Positions 45,313 through 56,699 of a stretch of 64,000 nucleotides of DNA are shown piece after piece. Positions within the stretch are counted from its first letter, which is position 1, and each line of letters opens with the position of its first letter. The position numbers were made by a program, and so were the translations under genes. Origin of the DNA: Cyanophora paradoxa CCMP329 (lineage: Eukaryota; Plantae; Glaucophyta); contig QPMI01000508.1 in the NCBI GenBank assembly GCA_004431415.1, positions 62,001 through 126,000 on the forward strand. Reading direction: 5' to 3'. The notes beneath the pieces were generated by a model. The model made no database searches. It was not told where the DNA came from and worked only from the letters and a program-made list of their open reading frames with translations.

Positions 45313-45605
45313 TGTAGGCGTAGTACGTTAAATCGCCGCGTTGTGAAATTGCCGAATTCGTCCAAAACCGAAATATTTATATTGCCTTGCAATTGGCAAT
45401 AAATTGCCGAATCCAGATTTCTGCCCTATGCATGGCGGGCTAAGCAATCCCTAGCTACCCCCTATATAGCTATAAGCAATTGCCGTCGTCCTCATTATAA
45501 ATTGCCGAATTCGGCATCACGGCAATTTTCAGCCTACAGCCTACGGTCTACGGCAATTTTCTCGGCAATTTTCGGCCAAACCACGGCTAAAAAACTACGC
45601 CTACA
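45313..45605. mobile_element. 293-bp non-autonomous element (MITE-like) with TGT...ACA termini
   Basis: Perfect 12-bp TIR TGTAGGCGTAGT (45313-45324) / ACTACGCCTACA (45594-45605). Flanking 4-bp duplication ATAC at 45309-45312 and 45606-45609. Internal AATTGCCG/CGGCAATT repeats. Confidence 0.8.
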
Positions 45606-45699
45606 ATACGTAGAAGAGCACGGTTATGACGAGGAGGGCGAGTAGAACGAGGTCGGTTAGGCTGAATTTGATCCCGCGTCCGCCCCAGACCCCTGTCGT

Positions 45700-48121
45700 C
45701 TTCACGCTCGAATTCACAGTTGCAGCTGAAGCTTCAGGATTCATATCCGAAGCGTACTTGTCGACGCCTACATCTGCGCGTACCCAATTATATATCGGAG
45801 CCTGAGATCAAATGATATAGGAGATTTTGTCAATGACATTTGCCAAGTTGAAGTGCGCACACCAAGCAGCGGGTCTTCAATTGCAAGAGCTTGCTTGATT
45901 TCTTCAAGGGCTTTCTGGTTCTCGAGTTCGACTTCCAAGATCCGCGTTATCGTGCCTAGTTTAAAGCGCGTTAAAAATAACGTTGTTCCTGTTCTGTTGC
46001 TCCAAAGCTTTTCGCGGCGGGCGCGCACGGATGTCGTCCTTGGACAGCGGCAGCCCCCTGCTGCGCTTTTCGAGGGGAGAGAGAGGCGCTTGCGTCGAGC
46101 TCGAGGATGCTGGCTTCGAGCTCAGAGGGCTCGATTCCAAAGTTCGAGATCTGTTGCATTTGGCAGCTGCAGCAAACTGAACTGCGACGCACCGGTACTA
46201 GGAGCCTCGAAGATCGCGTGGCCGTTGGCCATGGCCATGGCCAGACCAGCGAGGGCGGCGCTCGCAAGGTGCACTGCGCCGCCCTGCAGTGCGAAAGTTG
46301 AAACGGAACGATCTTAATCGTTGAATCTCCGGATCCCATCGCGAGGCTCGCGATCGATCGCGAAGCATGCGCATGCGCACGGCGCACCAGGACGCGGTCC
46401 ATGGTCATGTAGACAATTTCATCGAGCACCTGCGTGTGCAAATTTCAAAAGAAATCGGATCCCACGATATATTCCACGCAGTGACTGCAGCTGCAGCTGG
46501 GCCACGTGTTTGGTGCTTCGCGCCTGGAAAGCGGAGAGCAGCGCCAGCGGGACGCCAATTGCGATCCACTTCAAACTGGCACGCTGTTCCGGATCCGCAT
46601 GCGTCGAGACTGATTTCGCGAGCAAGACCCGACGCTGCAAATTAAAGGGCTCGAGTATATTAAAGAAGGTTCGCGGCGCTTGCAGCGGCGGAAATTAAAT
46701 TAAAGCCGCGCGGGGGAAAGAAAGGGCACCGCGTGAAGGGTGACAGCCGCGCACAGGACGCCGAATGTTGGGAGATTCGCGGAGAGCTTGCGAAGTGGGT
46801 TCACTCGGAAGGGGAGATTTAGAACGTAGAGGTCGAAAACGATCCCGAGGATGCGAGGGAGGAGGCCGGCCATGATGTACGAGCCGAAGAAGACCTTCTG
46901 GAGCCTGCGCGAATCGGGGTCGTCGTCCAGAGGATCCGGGGCTGCAGCAGCGATGGCCGCGCAGCCGAAGAGCTGGCAGGGCAGGTTCACAGCCAGCTCT
47001 CTGCGCGAAAAGCGCACGGAGATCGATGAGCCCTCGGAGGATGAAAGAATCCCAGGGCCCGTGTCGCACCGCCAAGTGGAGGTGAACAGGAAAGGGATCT
47101 CAATCGGCCCTCTGAACGTCGAGATCGCCGCCATGCGCCCAGCGAGGTTGAGCGCCAGCAGGCTCCATATCTGTGGGATCCCCCTCCGGGCCCTCTTGAG
47201 GGCCTTCACGAAGCTCGCGCTCGAGCTCGCGATCGTCGCCCCGCATGCAGCGGCCCAGCCTTCGAACAAATCTCCGACTGGACCCGCCCGCGCTGCAACA
47301 TGCAGGCGAGCATGATTAGCCTGGCAGCAAGATCTAGACGGCGCGAGTCGACGTGGACGTCGAAATACAAATTAAAAATTAGAATTCGCAGAGCGCACTC
47401 GCTTTCGTGCTCGAGCTTCCAGGATCTTTCAGATCGGACGTCGACTCGCCGCGGCCGACGTCCTTGCAATTGTGACCAGCTTTCTGACCTTGATCGTCAC
47501 CATAATCAGCGGGCCCTGCTGCAAAATTATGCATATATATAACCGCGCGCCCGCCCCCACGCGCGCGGTTTAAATTTGTTGTTTAAAATTCGCGCGCCCG
47601 GCGCCGGCACCTTCGCAGAAGAAGCCCGTTGTCGACATCCTGAAGAAGCCTTTGGAATGCGAGAGCTGGAACCGTCGCTGGCAGCGCCATGGACGAGCTT
47701 CTGGTGCCGCGGATATCGATGCGCGCAGCCGCGCGGGGCGGACGACGCCAACGAGCTGAGGATGTTCGCTGATCCAGGCAGGCCTAGGCGGCGCGCAGGC
47801 CGGTGGAAAGCCGATCGCGGCGCCGTGTGCAAAGCTCGCGCGCTTCATCGGTCTATTTTTCCAACGGGGTACAGGAGGCCGGGGAAATTGTCTACCCCCG
47901 GGCCTCGCATGCGTAGCAGCCCGCGGCCTCTTTTTTTAAATCTTCACGCCCGGCGGCCCCTCCCGGAGCCCTCTCGTCCCTATTCCACCGAAGCCCACAT
48001 GCATCCACTCTGAAGAGTCTTTCATGTCGGCTAGCCGGCGCCCCTGATCACGAGCGGCTGCTACTGCACAATCCATTGCCAAGTTGAAAACGAGGCCGTA
48101 CACATAATCTGGCATAATCAC
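45700..48121 (-). CDS. Hypothetical moderate-GC spliced gene, possibly a membrane protein or pseudogene
   Basis: GT-AG-bounded exon-like blocks: KVFFGSYIMAGLLPRILGIVFDLYVL, LKWIAIGVPLALLSAF, VLDEIVYMTMDRVL, TITRILEVELENQKALEEIKQAL. Confidence 0.35.
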
Positions 48122-48194
48122 CTAGCACTACTCGATGAAGCCCGCGGTGCGGCCGGAGCTGCCCGCGAGGCTAGTCCGCCACGAGCTCGAGGGC

Positions 48195-51100
48195 TCACGG
48201 GCAGAGCTTGCGGAGGCACGAGTTGCAGGCTGCGGGCGCGGGGTGAGCGAGGGGGCCAGCGGCGGCCGGGCGGGGCGGGCGGGCGGGCGCACTCTCGTCC
48301 TCGACGACGCCCTGCTGGCCGTAGGGGGAGAGCGGGTCCGCCGCGGGGCGGAACTGGCTCGAGCCGTACGCGCTGCCGGTGCGCGACGTGTTGCCGTACA
48401 TCGACATCGGCCTGCGCGCGGGACGGCGTCGGCGGCGCCGGCGGCGGGGCGGGGCGGGGCGGGGCGGGGAGGGCGGGGAGGGCGGGGCGGGGCGGGGCGG
48501 GCGGGGGGCGGACCCCATGGACATGGCGTTGGGCTCGCCGACGGGCCCCCGCGTGGAGGCGTACTCGTAGACGTAGGCGTTGAGCGCGGGGTCGAAGCGC
48601 TTGGTGTACTCGCTGCGGTTGCCGATGCGCATGCCGACGTGGCCCCAGACGTCGACGAGGTAGGGCCAGATCTGCCACATGAACTGCACGAGGCAGAGGA
48701 CGAAGAGCCAGAAGGCGAGGAGCTTCCAGAGGGCGCAGGAGAGGCCGCGGTTGCCGCCGTCGAGGGCGATGGAGCGGACGATGAGGAGGGCGATCGCCTC
48801 GACGATGCACGTGATGACCTCGATGACCGTGTTGAGGGTGCGCGCGAAGGGGCGGGCGACGATGAGGTAGACGACGTGGACGGCCTCGAGGACGAGGAGC
48901 GTGATGCACTGGCGCGGGGCGTCCGAGCCGAGGCCGAGCACCGCCGCCTGCACCAGGCGCTTGCCGAGCTCGACGGCGGGGAGGTAGAGGAAGCCGCCGA
49001 AGCGGGCCGTGTACTTGCGGAAGAGCGAGCCGTGCATCTTGTGGAAGCTCTCGCCGCCGCGCGCCGCCTGCCAGACGCCGACGACGCCGAAGAGGCCGCT
49101 GCTCTGGTAGCGGAAGTTGGCGAAGCGGGAGAGGGCCTTGCGGGCGACGTTGACGAGGAGGAAGAGGAGCAGGAGGCCGACGACGGCCGTCACGAAGAGG
49201 ACGACGATCCACGCGACGACGACCTTCCAGTCGGTGCCGCCGCGGTGGTACGGGGAGCCGTGGAAGCGGAGGACGCGGAAGGCGTGCAGCGCCGCGCCGT
49301 AGGCGAGGGCCGCGAAGACGTAGTAGATCATCTTCCACCAGGAGCGGCGGCCGGAGACGTGCTCGCGGCGGTGCGCGGGGATGCAGCAGGTCTTGTACGC
49401 CATCACCGCCAGCAGGCCGAGCACGGGGACGACGAGGAGCCAGACGAGGGACCAGGCGGCGTTGTTGTCCGACCAGAGGTAGAGCTGGTCGATCGGGCAG
49501 CGGTTGTCCTCCGAGGGGAGGGGCTCGCTGCGGTAGATGAGGTGGCCCGGGTAGGCGTCGCGCATGGGCTGGTTCTTGAGGGGCAGCCAGTGGAAGGCCC
49601 AGTGGAAGACCGAGTAGAAGGAGATGAGGCAGCGGTCGAAGCTGACGTCGAAGGAGACGAGCGAGGCGATGAAGAGCACGAACATGATGACCGAGAGCTC
49701 GTTGCCGAGCTTGTTCCCGTACATCGCCGCGAGGATCGCGCACGCGATGCTCATCCACACGAGGCCCGTCAGCACCGAGGCCGCCAGCGCCGGCGGGTGG
49801 TCCTTCACCGCCTTGGTGATCTCAACGCGGTACGCCGCCCTGCGCCGAGACGCGCCGTCGGCCGCCGCCGCGGGCCCGAGGGCGGGCGGGGGGCGGGGGC
49901 CGGGCCGCGCACGCGTCCTTGAGGCTCTGCGAGTCCTGCACCTGCAGCACGAAGTCGTACGTGCCGGGGCGGACGTTGCAGATCTGCCGCCCGGCCCCGC
50001 CCCGCGTCGGCGACGGAGAATGGCCGCGCGCGGGGCGGGGCGGGGGGTCACCTTGAGCTTGGGGTCCTCCGGGGGCGTGCCGGTGGCGCGGAGGATGGCG
50101 GGGTCGGCGCCCTCGGGGCCGGCCACCTGCGTCCACTTGTACGCTGCCCCCCGCCCCGCGTCGGGCCGCGCCGCGCCACACGGGGCGGGGCGGGGCGGGG
50201 GCGGGGCGGCGGACCGCGGACGTCGTTGTTCTTGTCGAGGACCTTGCCGCGGATGTCGAAGCCCTTCTCGTGGTTGCCGAACATGTCGAACTCGTACACT
50301 GCCGGCCCGTCGGCCCCGCGAGGCGGGGGCGGGGGCGGGGGCGGGGGCGGGGGCGGGGCGCACGGCCGGCGAAGTTGGCGCCGAGGGAGCGGACGGCGCC
50401 CGTGTCGTGGACGATCTCGGGGCCCTGGGCCGGGGCTGCGCGCGCCCCCCGTCAGCGGACCGGCGGGCCGGCGCGGCGGGCCGCGCACTGGGCGAGGGGG
50501 ACGGCGTGGGCGAGGGGCTCGGGGAGGGGCTCGGGCTCGGGCTCGGGCTGGGGGAGGGGCTGGGGCTGGGGGACGGGCTCGGGGACGGCGACGGGCTCGG
50601 GGCTGCCCCGCGCGTCGGCGGCCGGGCGGTGGGGCCTAGAGGGCGGGCGGGGCGGCGCACTCGGCGGCAGGCTCGGGCTCGGCGTCGGCTCGGCCTCGAT
50701 CTTGGCGGGAAGTCTGCGGGGCGGGGAGGTGAGGCGGGGCGGGGCGGCCCGGCGAGGCGAGGGGGGCGCGCACAGTGGGCGGCCGACTTGTAGGCGTAGT
50801 TGGAGAAGACTGCGGGGCGGGGGCGGGTGAGGGGGCGGCCCGGGACGGGGCGGGGCGGGGCGGGCGGGGGCACCCTCGATGTCGCCCTCGGTGTCGCCGC
50901 GGATGGTCGGGGGGGCCTCCACGTGCACCTGCCCCCGCCCGTCGGCCGGGCCGCCGCGGGAAGCAGGTGCGGGGCGGGGCGGGGCGGGGGCGGGAGCGGG
51001 GGGCGCACCCAGTTGACGCCCTGGCCGTGGAGGGCGGCGGGGAGGTTCTGGATGCGGACCTCGCCGATGTCCGTGCCGGCGCCCAGGTTCTCGCCTGCCG

Positions 51101-53298
51101 GCCGCCCCGCTCGGGCTCCGCGCGGAGGGGCGGGGCGGGACGGGGCGGTGCGGGGGGGGCGGACCCATGATGACGACCTGGTCGCCGGGCTTGATGGAGA
51201 CGGACTTCTTGGCGGTGCGCGAGCCTGGCAGGAAGACGAGCACGTTCTTGATCACGCCTGCGCCCGCCCTCCGCCGTCAGCGGGGCCGCGCGGCGTCGGG
51301 GCGGGGCGGGGCGGGGCGGGGCGGTGCGGGCCCTGGGCGACGACGCGGCGGATGGCGCGGTTGTTGGCGTCCGCGACGTAGAGCACGCCGTTGATGCGGT
51401 CCAGGTACATGTCTGCCCGGGGCCCCCCCGTCACGCCCCCGCCGGCAGCGAGGCGCCGGCCGGCCGGCGGCGGGGGCGGACCGGAGGGGCCGTCGAAGGA
51501 GACGGCGGAGCCCTGGCCGTCGGCCGAGCCGCGCGAGCCGCCGGCGATCAGCTCCGGCTCCTTGCCCGGCACCACGCCTGCGCGGCGGCCCGGCTCGGGC
51601 GGCGGCGGCCCGGCGGGCGGGGCGGCGGGGGGCGGGCGGACGGTAGATGGCGTTGTTGGCCGTGTCGCAGGCGAAGAGCAGGCCTGGAGCGCGCGGCGTC
51701 AGGTCTGCGCTCGAGGCGCGGCGCGGGGCTCGCGGAGAGGGCGCACCGTTGTACGAGTCGGTGGAGACGGCCTGGATGCTGGGGGTCTCCGAGCGGGCGG
51801 GGAACCGCACGTCCTTCATCTGGCCTGCGCCCGCCACCCCGCGTCGGCCCGCCGCCCGCCACGCACGCGCGCAAGTCCGCCGGGGCGGCGGTGGAACGAA
51901 CCGGCCATGCCGTCGAGGGCGGAGAGCTTCTCGGCGCCGTAGGCGACGTAGACGAAGTTGGTGCGGAAGTTGTAGCTACGCCGCCCCGAGTCGCACGGCG
52001 CCCCGGCGCTGCGGGGCGCGGGCGCGGGCGAGGCCGGCGGCACCTGATGCCCTGGATGGTCTTGCCGCGGTAGTAGCCGAGCGAGTCGGGGATGAGGGTG
52101 TCGACGGAGATGCCGCCGGCCTTCTTCGGGTCTGGAGGCGGCGTCAGGCGCCGCCGCGGCGGGCGGGGCCCGGGCGGGGCGCGGGGCACCGTTGGTGGTG
52201 ATGCGGACGACGCGCTCGCCGTCGCTGCCGGCGGGGCCGCCTCGGCGCCGGGCGCGCGCGAGGCGGGCGGGTGGGCGGGGCCGCACCCGACGTAGAAGGT
52301 GCGCGAGGCGCGCTCAAGGAAGAGGAAGGAGAGCTCCGCGAAGCCGCAGTCGGTCGCCCCGCCGTCCTTGCTCACGCGCTGGCCCGAGCCGGCGAAAGTC
52401 GTCACCGTCGCCTGGCCGCCGGCAAGAGAGATCTTCCGGATGCGGTTGTTGCCTGCCCGCCGGTCGCTCAGCACAGCGGGCGCAGAAAGGAATCAATGAG
52501 GAAGGACTAAATCACCCGCGTCGGCGACTGCGCGGGACGGGGTTAGCGGGCGCGGAAGGGAGGACTGGAGAGCGAGGAAAGGAACGCGGACCGTAGAGGA
52601 TCTTGTTGATGGTGTCGTAGGCGAGGTCGACCGGCCTGGTCGCCACGTCGGTCGAACCGCCCGCGGATGGGGGCGAACGGATCGGGCCAAGCTCACCGGT
52701 TGAACATGGCGCTCGCCGCCACGACGTTGTCGACGAAGCCAGCCGCCTGGCTGCCGGCCAGAACCGTCGGATTGCCAGCGGCGTCCAGCTTGTAGATCTG
52801 GCCATCGGGGCGTCGGTTACGTTGTTCCGGATTCTCAAACTGAAGATCGGGAACGATGAGCTTTGCCGCAAGACTGCACCTGGTTGGAGTTCTCGAGGAG
52901 GACATAAACCGTCGATGTCGCGTCGTCCACCGTAAGAGCAATCGGGCGAGCCGGCAGGTTCGATGCAACGGTCGACGTCGTGCCGATAACCCTGTGGCGA
53001 AAGAGGCGGGTGCGTCAGCCAGCTAGCCGGTCCGACCGTCGACGTAGCGAATCGTTCAAATCGACGCTGGGGCAGGGGTTGGGGCAGCGCACTTCTCGGC
53101 CGGCGGAGCCGCCATGTGGTCGTAATCGACTGCGAAGGCGAGCCGGGTCAGCCGGTCGCACGGCGAAAACGATGCGCCGAGTAACGGCTGAGGTAACCGG
53201 GCCGCACCATCCTGTGCTTCGAGCGTGTCCGACGGCCCGGCGAGCGCCGTCGTGGCCAGAAGGGCCACGAGGGCGACGCAGATCGCCCAGCGCCTCAT
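48195..53298 (-). CDS. Cell-surface protein: signal peptide, NHL repeats, (SP)n stalk, PKD-like domain, TRP/FLC-like multi-TM domain
   Basis: MRRWAICVALVALLATTALA; TVLAGSQAAGFVD...MFNRPVDLAYD; NNRIRKISL...VTTFAGSG; LYVADANNRAIRRV; SPSPSPSP; YKWTQVAGP...GTYDFVLQVQDS; HGSLFRKY...ELGKRLVQAAVLGL...YLIVARPF. Confidence 0.8.
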
Positions 53299-53450
53299 CC
53301 CTTTTTTTGATGACCTGAACTACCGTACCCCGCCAGACCGACCAAAGCTCTGCCGCTCCGCTCCACGGTCAGGGTCCGCTCCACGAACGATTCTGGACGA
53401 GTTGAGATTGCACCTTCGACGGTTGTGCACCCTCTGCGCCCACCGCGACG

Positions 53451-54432
53451 ATGCCTGGAGCGCCCCTCATCGGCCTGACGACGTCGTACGAGGCGCCGGA
53501 GCAGAAGATTCGGCGCGAGTACGTTTCCAGCGTCGCGGTGCGCAGCGAGGGCCGCGTCGGCGCTCGGCCTCGCCCGTCGCACTCGAATTCTTCGAGCCTG
53601 TCGTGCGCAGGAGGCCGGCGGCGTGCCCATCATCCTGCCCATGATCGATGACGAGGCGCTGCTGGGGCAGCTGCTCGAATCGCTCGACGGGCTGGTCGTC
53701 ATTGGCGGGCCTGCAATTACTATGGCGCGCGCTCCACCGCCGCTGTCCCGGCCCTCGCCGGCCGCCAACGGGTGCGCAGGGGCTCGTCGGAGATGTGCCG
53801 GCGGACCTGTCGCCGACGGACCCGCTGCGCACGGAGAGCGACCTGCGGATCGTGCGGGCGGTGCTGGCGACGCCGAAGCCGATCCTAGGGATCTGCTACG
53901 GGATGCAGCTGCTGAACGCCCTCGCCGGCGGCACAATCTACGCCGACGTGCAGAAGCAGGTCCCCGGCACCATGGTACACAGGTGCGGCCCGCGCGCAGC
54001 CCACGGCCAGCGGCCGGCGTGGCGAGCGCCGCGGCAGCGCGTCGCGGGGCGGGACGGTGCATCCGGCGCGGGTGGAGCGGGGCACGCGGCTGCACGCGCT
54101 GCTGGGCGGGCGGGACGAGGTGGAGGTGAACACGGTGCACATCCAGGCCGTCGCCGAGGTCGGCGGCGGCGACCTCAGCGCGCCCCGCGCCCCGGGCGGC
54201 CGCCTGCGCGTCAACGCGCGCGCCCCCGACGGTGCGCCGGCCGACCCCGACCGAGCGGGCGGGGCGGGGGCGAGCGGGCGGGGGTGCAGGGGTGGTGGAG
54301 GGCCTGGAGAGCGAGGACGGGCGGGTGATGGCGCTGCAGTTCCACCCGGAGCGCCTCGGGGCGGACATCCGCGTGCCCCTCTTCCGCGACCTCGTCCAGC
54401 GCGCCGCCGCCTTCCGCGCCTCCCGCTCCTAG
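53451..54432 (+). CDS. Peptidase C26 / gamma-glutamyl-GABA hydrolase-like class I glutamine amidotransferase
   Basis: PLIGLTT, AGGVPIILP, LDGLVVIGG, KPILGICYGMQLLNALAGGTIY, VNTVHIQAV, APDG|VVEGLE, LQFHPE. Confidence 0.9.
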
Positions 54433-54627
54433 CGCACCGCCCGCCCCGCACCCCGCCCCGCACCCCGCCCCCCCCCCCTCCCCCTCCCCCCCCCCTCTCT
54501 CTTCCTCTTCCCCCCCGCCCCTCTCGTGCCCCGAGACGCGGCGCCGAACCGAACCGAACCCGGGTATTCGAAGGCGGGCCGGCTGGGCCGGCTGCGGGGC
54601 GGGGCGGGGCGTGCGGGGCGGGCGGGG

Positions 54628-56699
54628 CTAGGCCTTGGAGCGGAGGGCGGCGTCGAGGAGCTTGCCGTCGACGGCCGCGCCGCCGGCCGCCAGCAGCGGG
54701 CCGAGCTCCAGCTTCCACCTGCCCCCGCGCCCCCGCCTCGCTCGGTCGGGCCGGCGGGGCGGGGCGGGGCGGGGCGGGGCGGGGCGGGCGGACGCGTCGG
54801 CGAGGAAGGCGGCGAGGCCGCCCGGGGGCAGCTGGAGGGCCTCCTCCAGCCACGCCGCCTCCACCTCCGGCCGGTACCTGCCCGCCCCGCTCGCCCCCGG
54901 CCCCGCACCGGCCCGCCCCACGCCCCCGAGGCGGCGCACGAGCGGGCGGCGGCCCGGAGGGCGGCCCGGCGGGTGCGCGCGGCGAGGGGCTCCGCCAGGC
55001 GGCGGAGGAGGGGCCGCGCCCCTCGGCGGCGGCGCAGGCGCGGAAGAATGCGGCGTAGTTCCCGCCCCGCGCCGCGAGCACCATCTGCGCGCGCGGCGCT
55101 CGCCCCGGCGGCGGGGGCGGCGGGGCGGGGCAGGCGGGGGCGGGGGCGGACGCGGGAGGCGAGGCGGACGGCGGGGTGGTCCTCCAGCCCGAGCTCCGAG
55201 GCCGTCCGGAAGGCACGCGCGAGGTCTGGCCCCGCCCTCAGCCGCGCGCCACGCGGGGCGGGGCGGGGCGGGGCGGGGCGGGGCGGGCCGGCGGCGAGGC
55301 CGTGCGTCTCGGCGTAGACGAGGCGGTAGGCGAGGTACTCGGGGAGGGGGTCCCCCTCCCCCGCACCGGGGGCGAGGCCCCGCGCGAAGAGCGCGAAGAG
55401 CTGCGCCTGGCACTGGTTGAAGCCGTCGGTGTCGCCCTGCTCGATGCACATGCGCCCGTGCGCGACGTACACCTCCACCGCGAACTCGTTCCGGATCCCC
55501 TGCACCTGCCGCCCCGCCCCGCCCGTCACCGCCGCGCGTCCCGCCGAGCCCTAGCACTGCGCTGGGAGGAACCGGGGGCGCGCCGTCATGTCCTGGCGGA
55601 TAGAGCGCATCTGGTCGTTGACCCAGTGCCAGGTGGCGCCGCCGCCGGCGCGCCGCTCCCGCACGTGCGCCAGCGCCCGCTCCAGCACCCGCTGCGGCCG
55701 CACCTCCGCCGGGTCCGGCGCCTGGCCCGCCCCACCGGACCGCCCGCTCGGGCCGCGCGGGGCCGGGGCCGGGGTGGTGGGGCGGGGCGCACGGAGGTGA
55801 GGCGGAAGTAGGGCTTCTCGAGGGCGGCGCTGGTGCCGACGATGGGGGCGTGGTCCGACGCGTCCACGGACCCCTCCTCCGACGCCCCGTCCATCCCCAG
55901 CTGCCGCCCCGTCGGCCCCGCCCCGCCCGCCCGCCCCGGCCCCCGCCCACCTGCATCGCCCGCATCCGGCTCTGCAGCGCCGAGACCGCCCCCGGCCCGG
56001 CCGCCCGCGCCCCGGGCGGCTCTGCGAAGCGCCTCGCCCGCCGCTCCATGCGCACGCGGTCCTCGTCCTCGATCCGCGAGCCCGACCCCGAGCCCGAGGG
56101 GCGGCCGCGGCCCGAGGGCGGCCGGTAGCTGCGAGGGGGCTCGTGCGAGCGGCGGACGCGCGAGAGCCTGCCGGAGGGCACCTCGGCCTCATGCCGTCAA
56201 GCCACGCTTCGATGTCCTCCACAAAGGACTCCTCGCCCGTCCGAGCGTGCTTCTCGGCCCGCGGGTCAACTCCGGCTGCTTCCCTGCTCGCCCCGTTAGC
56301 TTTCGCCGCACGCCGCACGCTGGGGTTGCAGGCACGCACCTGGGCCGCTTCTGCCTCTCTGCTGGACGACGCGGGGCGCGCAGGCACCGGAGCCGGAGCG
56401 AGAGCGGCAGGCCGACCCCGCCGGCCCAGCTGAGGCGCCTCGCGCCCGGGAGCGAGGCCGCGATTGGTTTCTCGACTCTGCGCACGAACTTGTGAGCGCA
56501 GCGGGCGTGCGCGAGGGCTCGCGTACGTGCGATCTTCCTGATCGGGTTGCGGCCTCGGTCCGCGCAGGCAGCGCAGCCTGAACCACAGGCGCGTGTACCG
56601 CAGCGTCTTCGCGTCCAGGGTCGAAGAAAAAGCGCCGATCGGCTCGCCGGGCCGCTTCCTAGGCAAAGACTGCTTGCTTCTGGGTACAGCTGCACTCAT
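54628..56699 (-). CDS. LENG8: SAC3/GANP/Thp3 family protein, LENG8-like (start uncertain)
   Basis: IVGTSAALEKPYFRLTS|APDPAEVRPQRVLERAL, DQMRSIRQDMT|VQGIRNEFAVEVY..HGRMCIEQGD..FNQCQAQL, EYLAYRLVY, GNYAAFFR. Confidence 0.85.
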
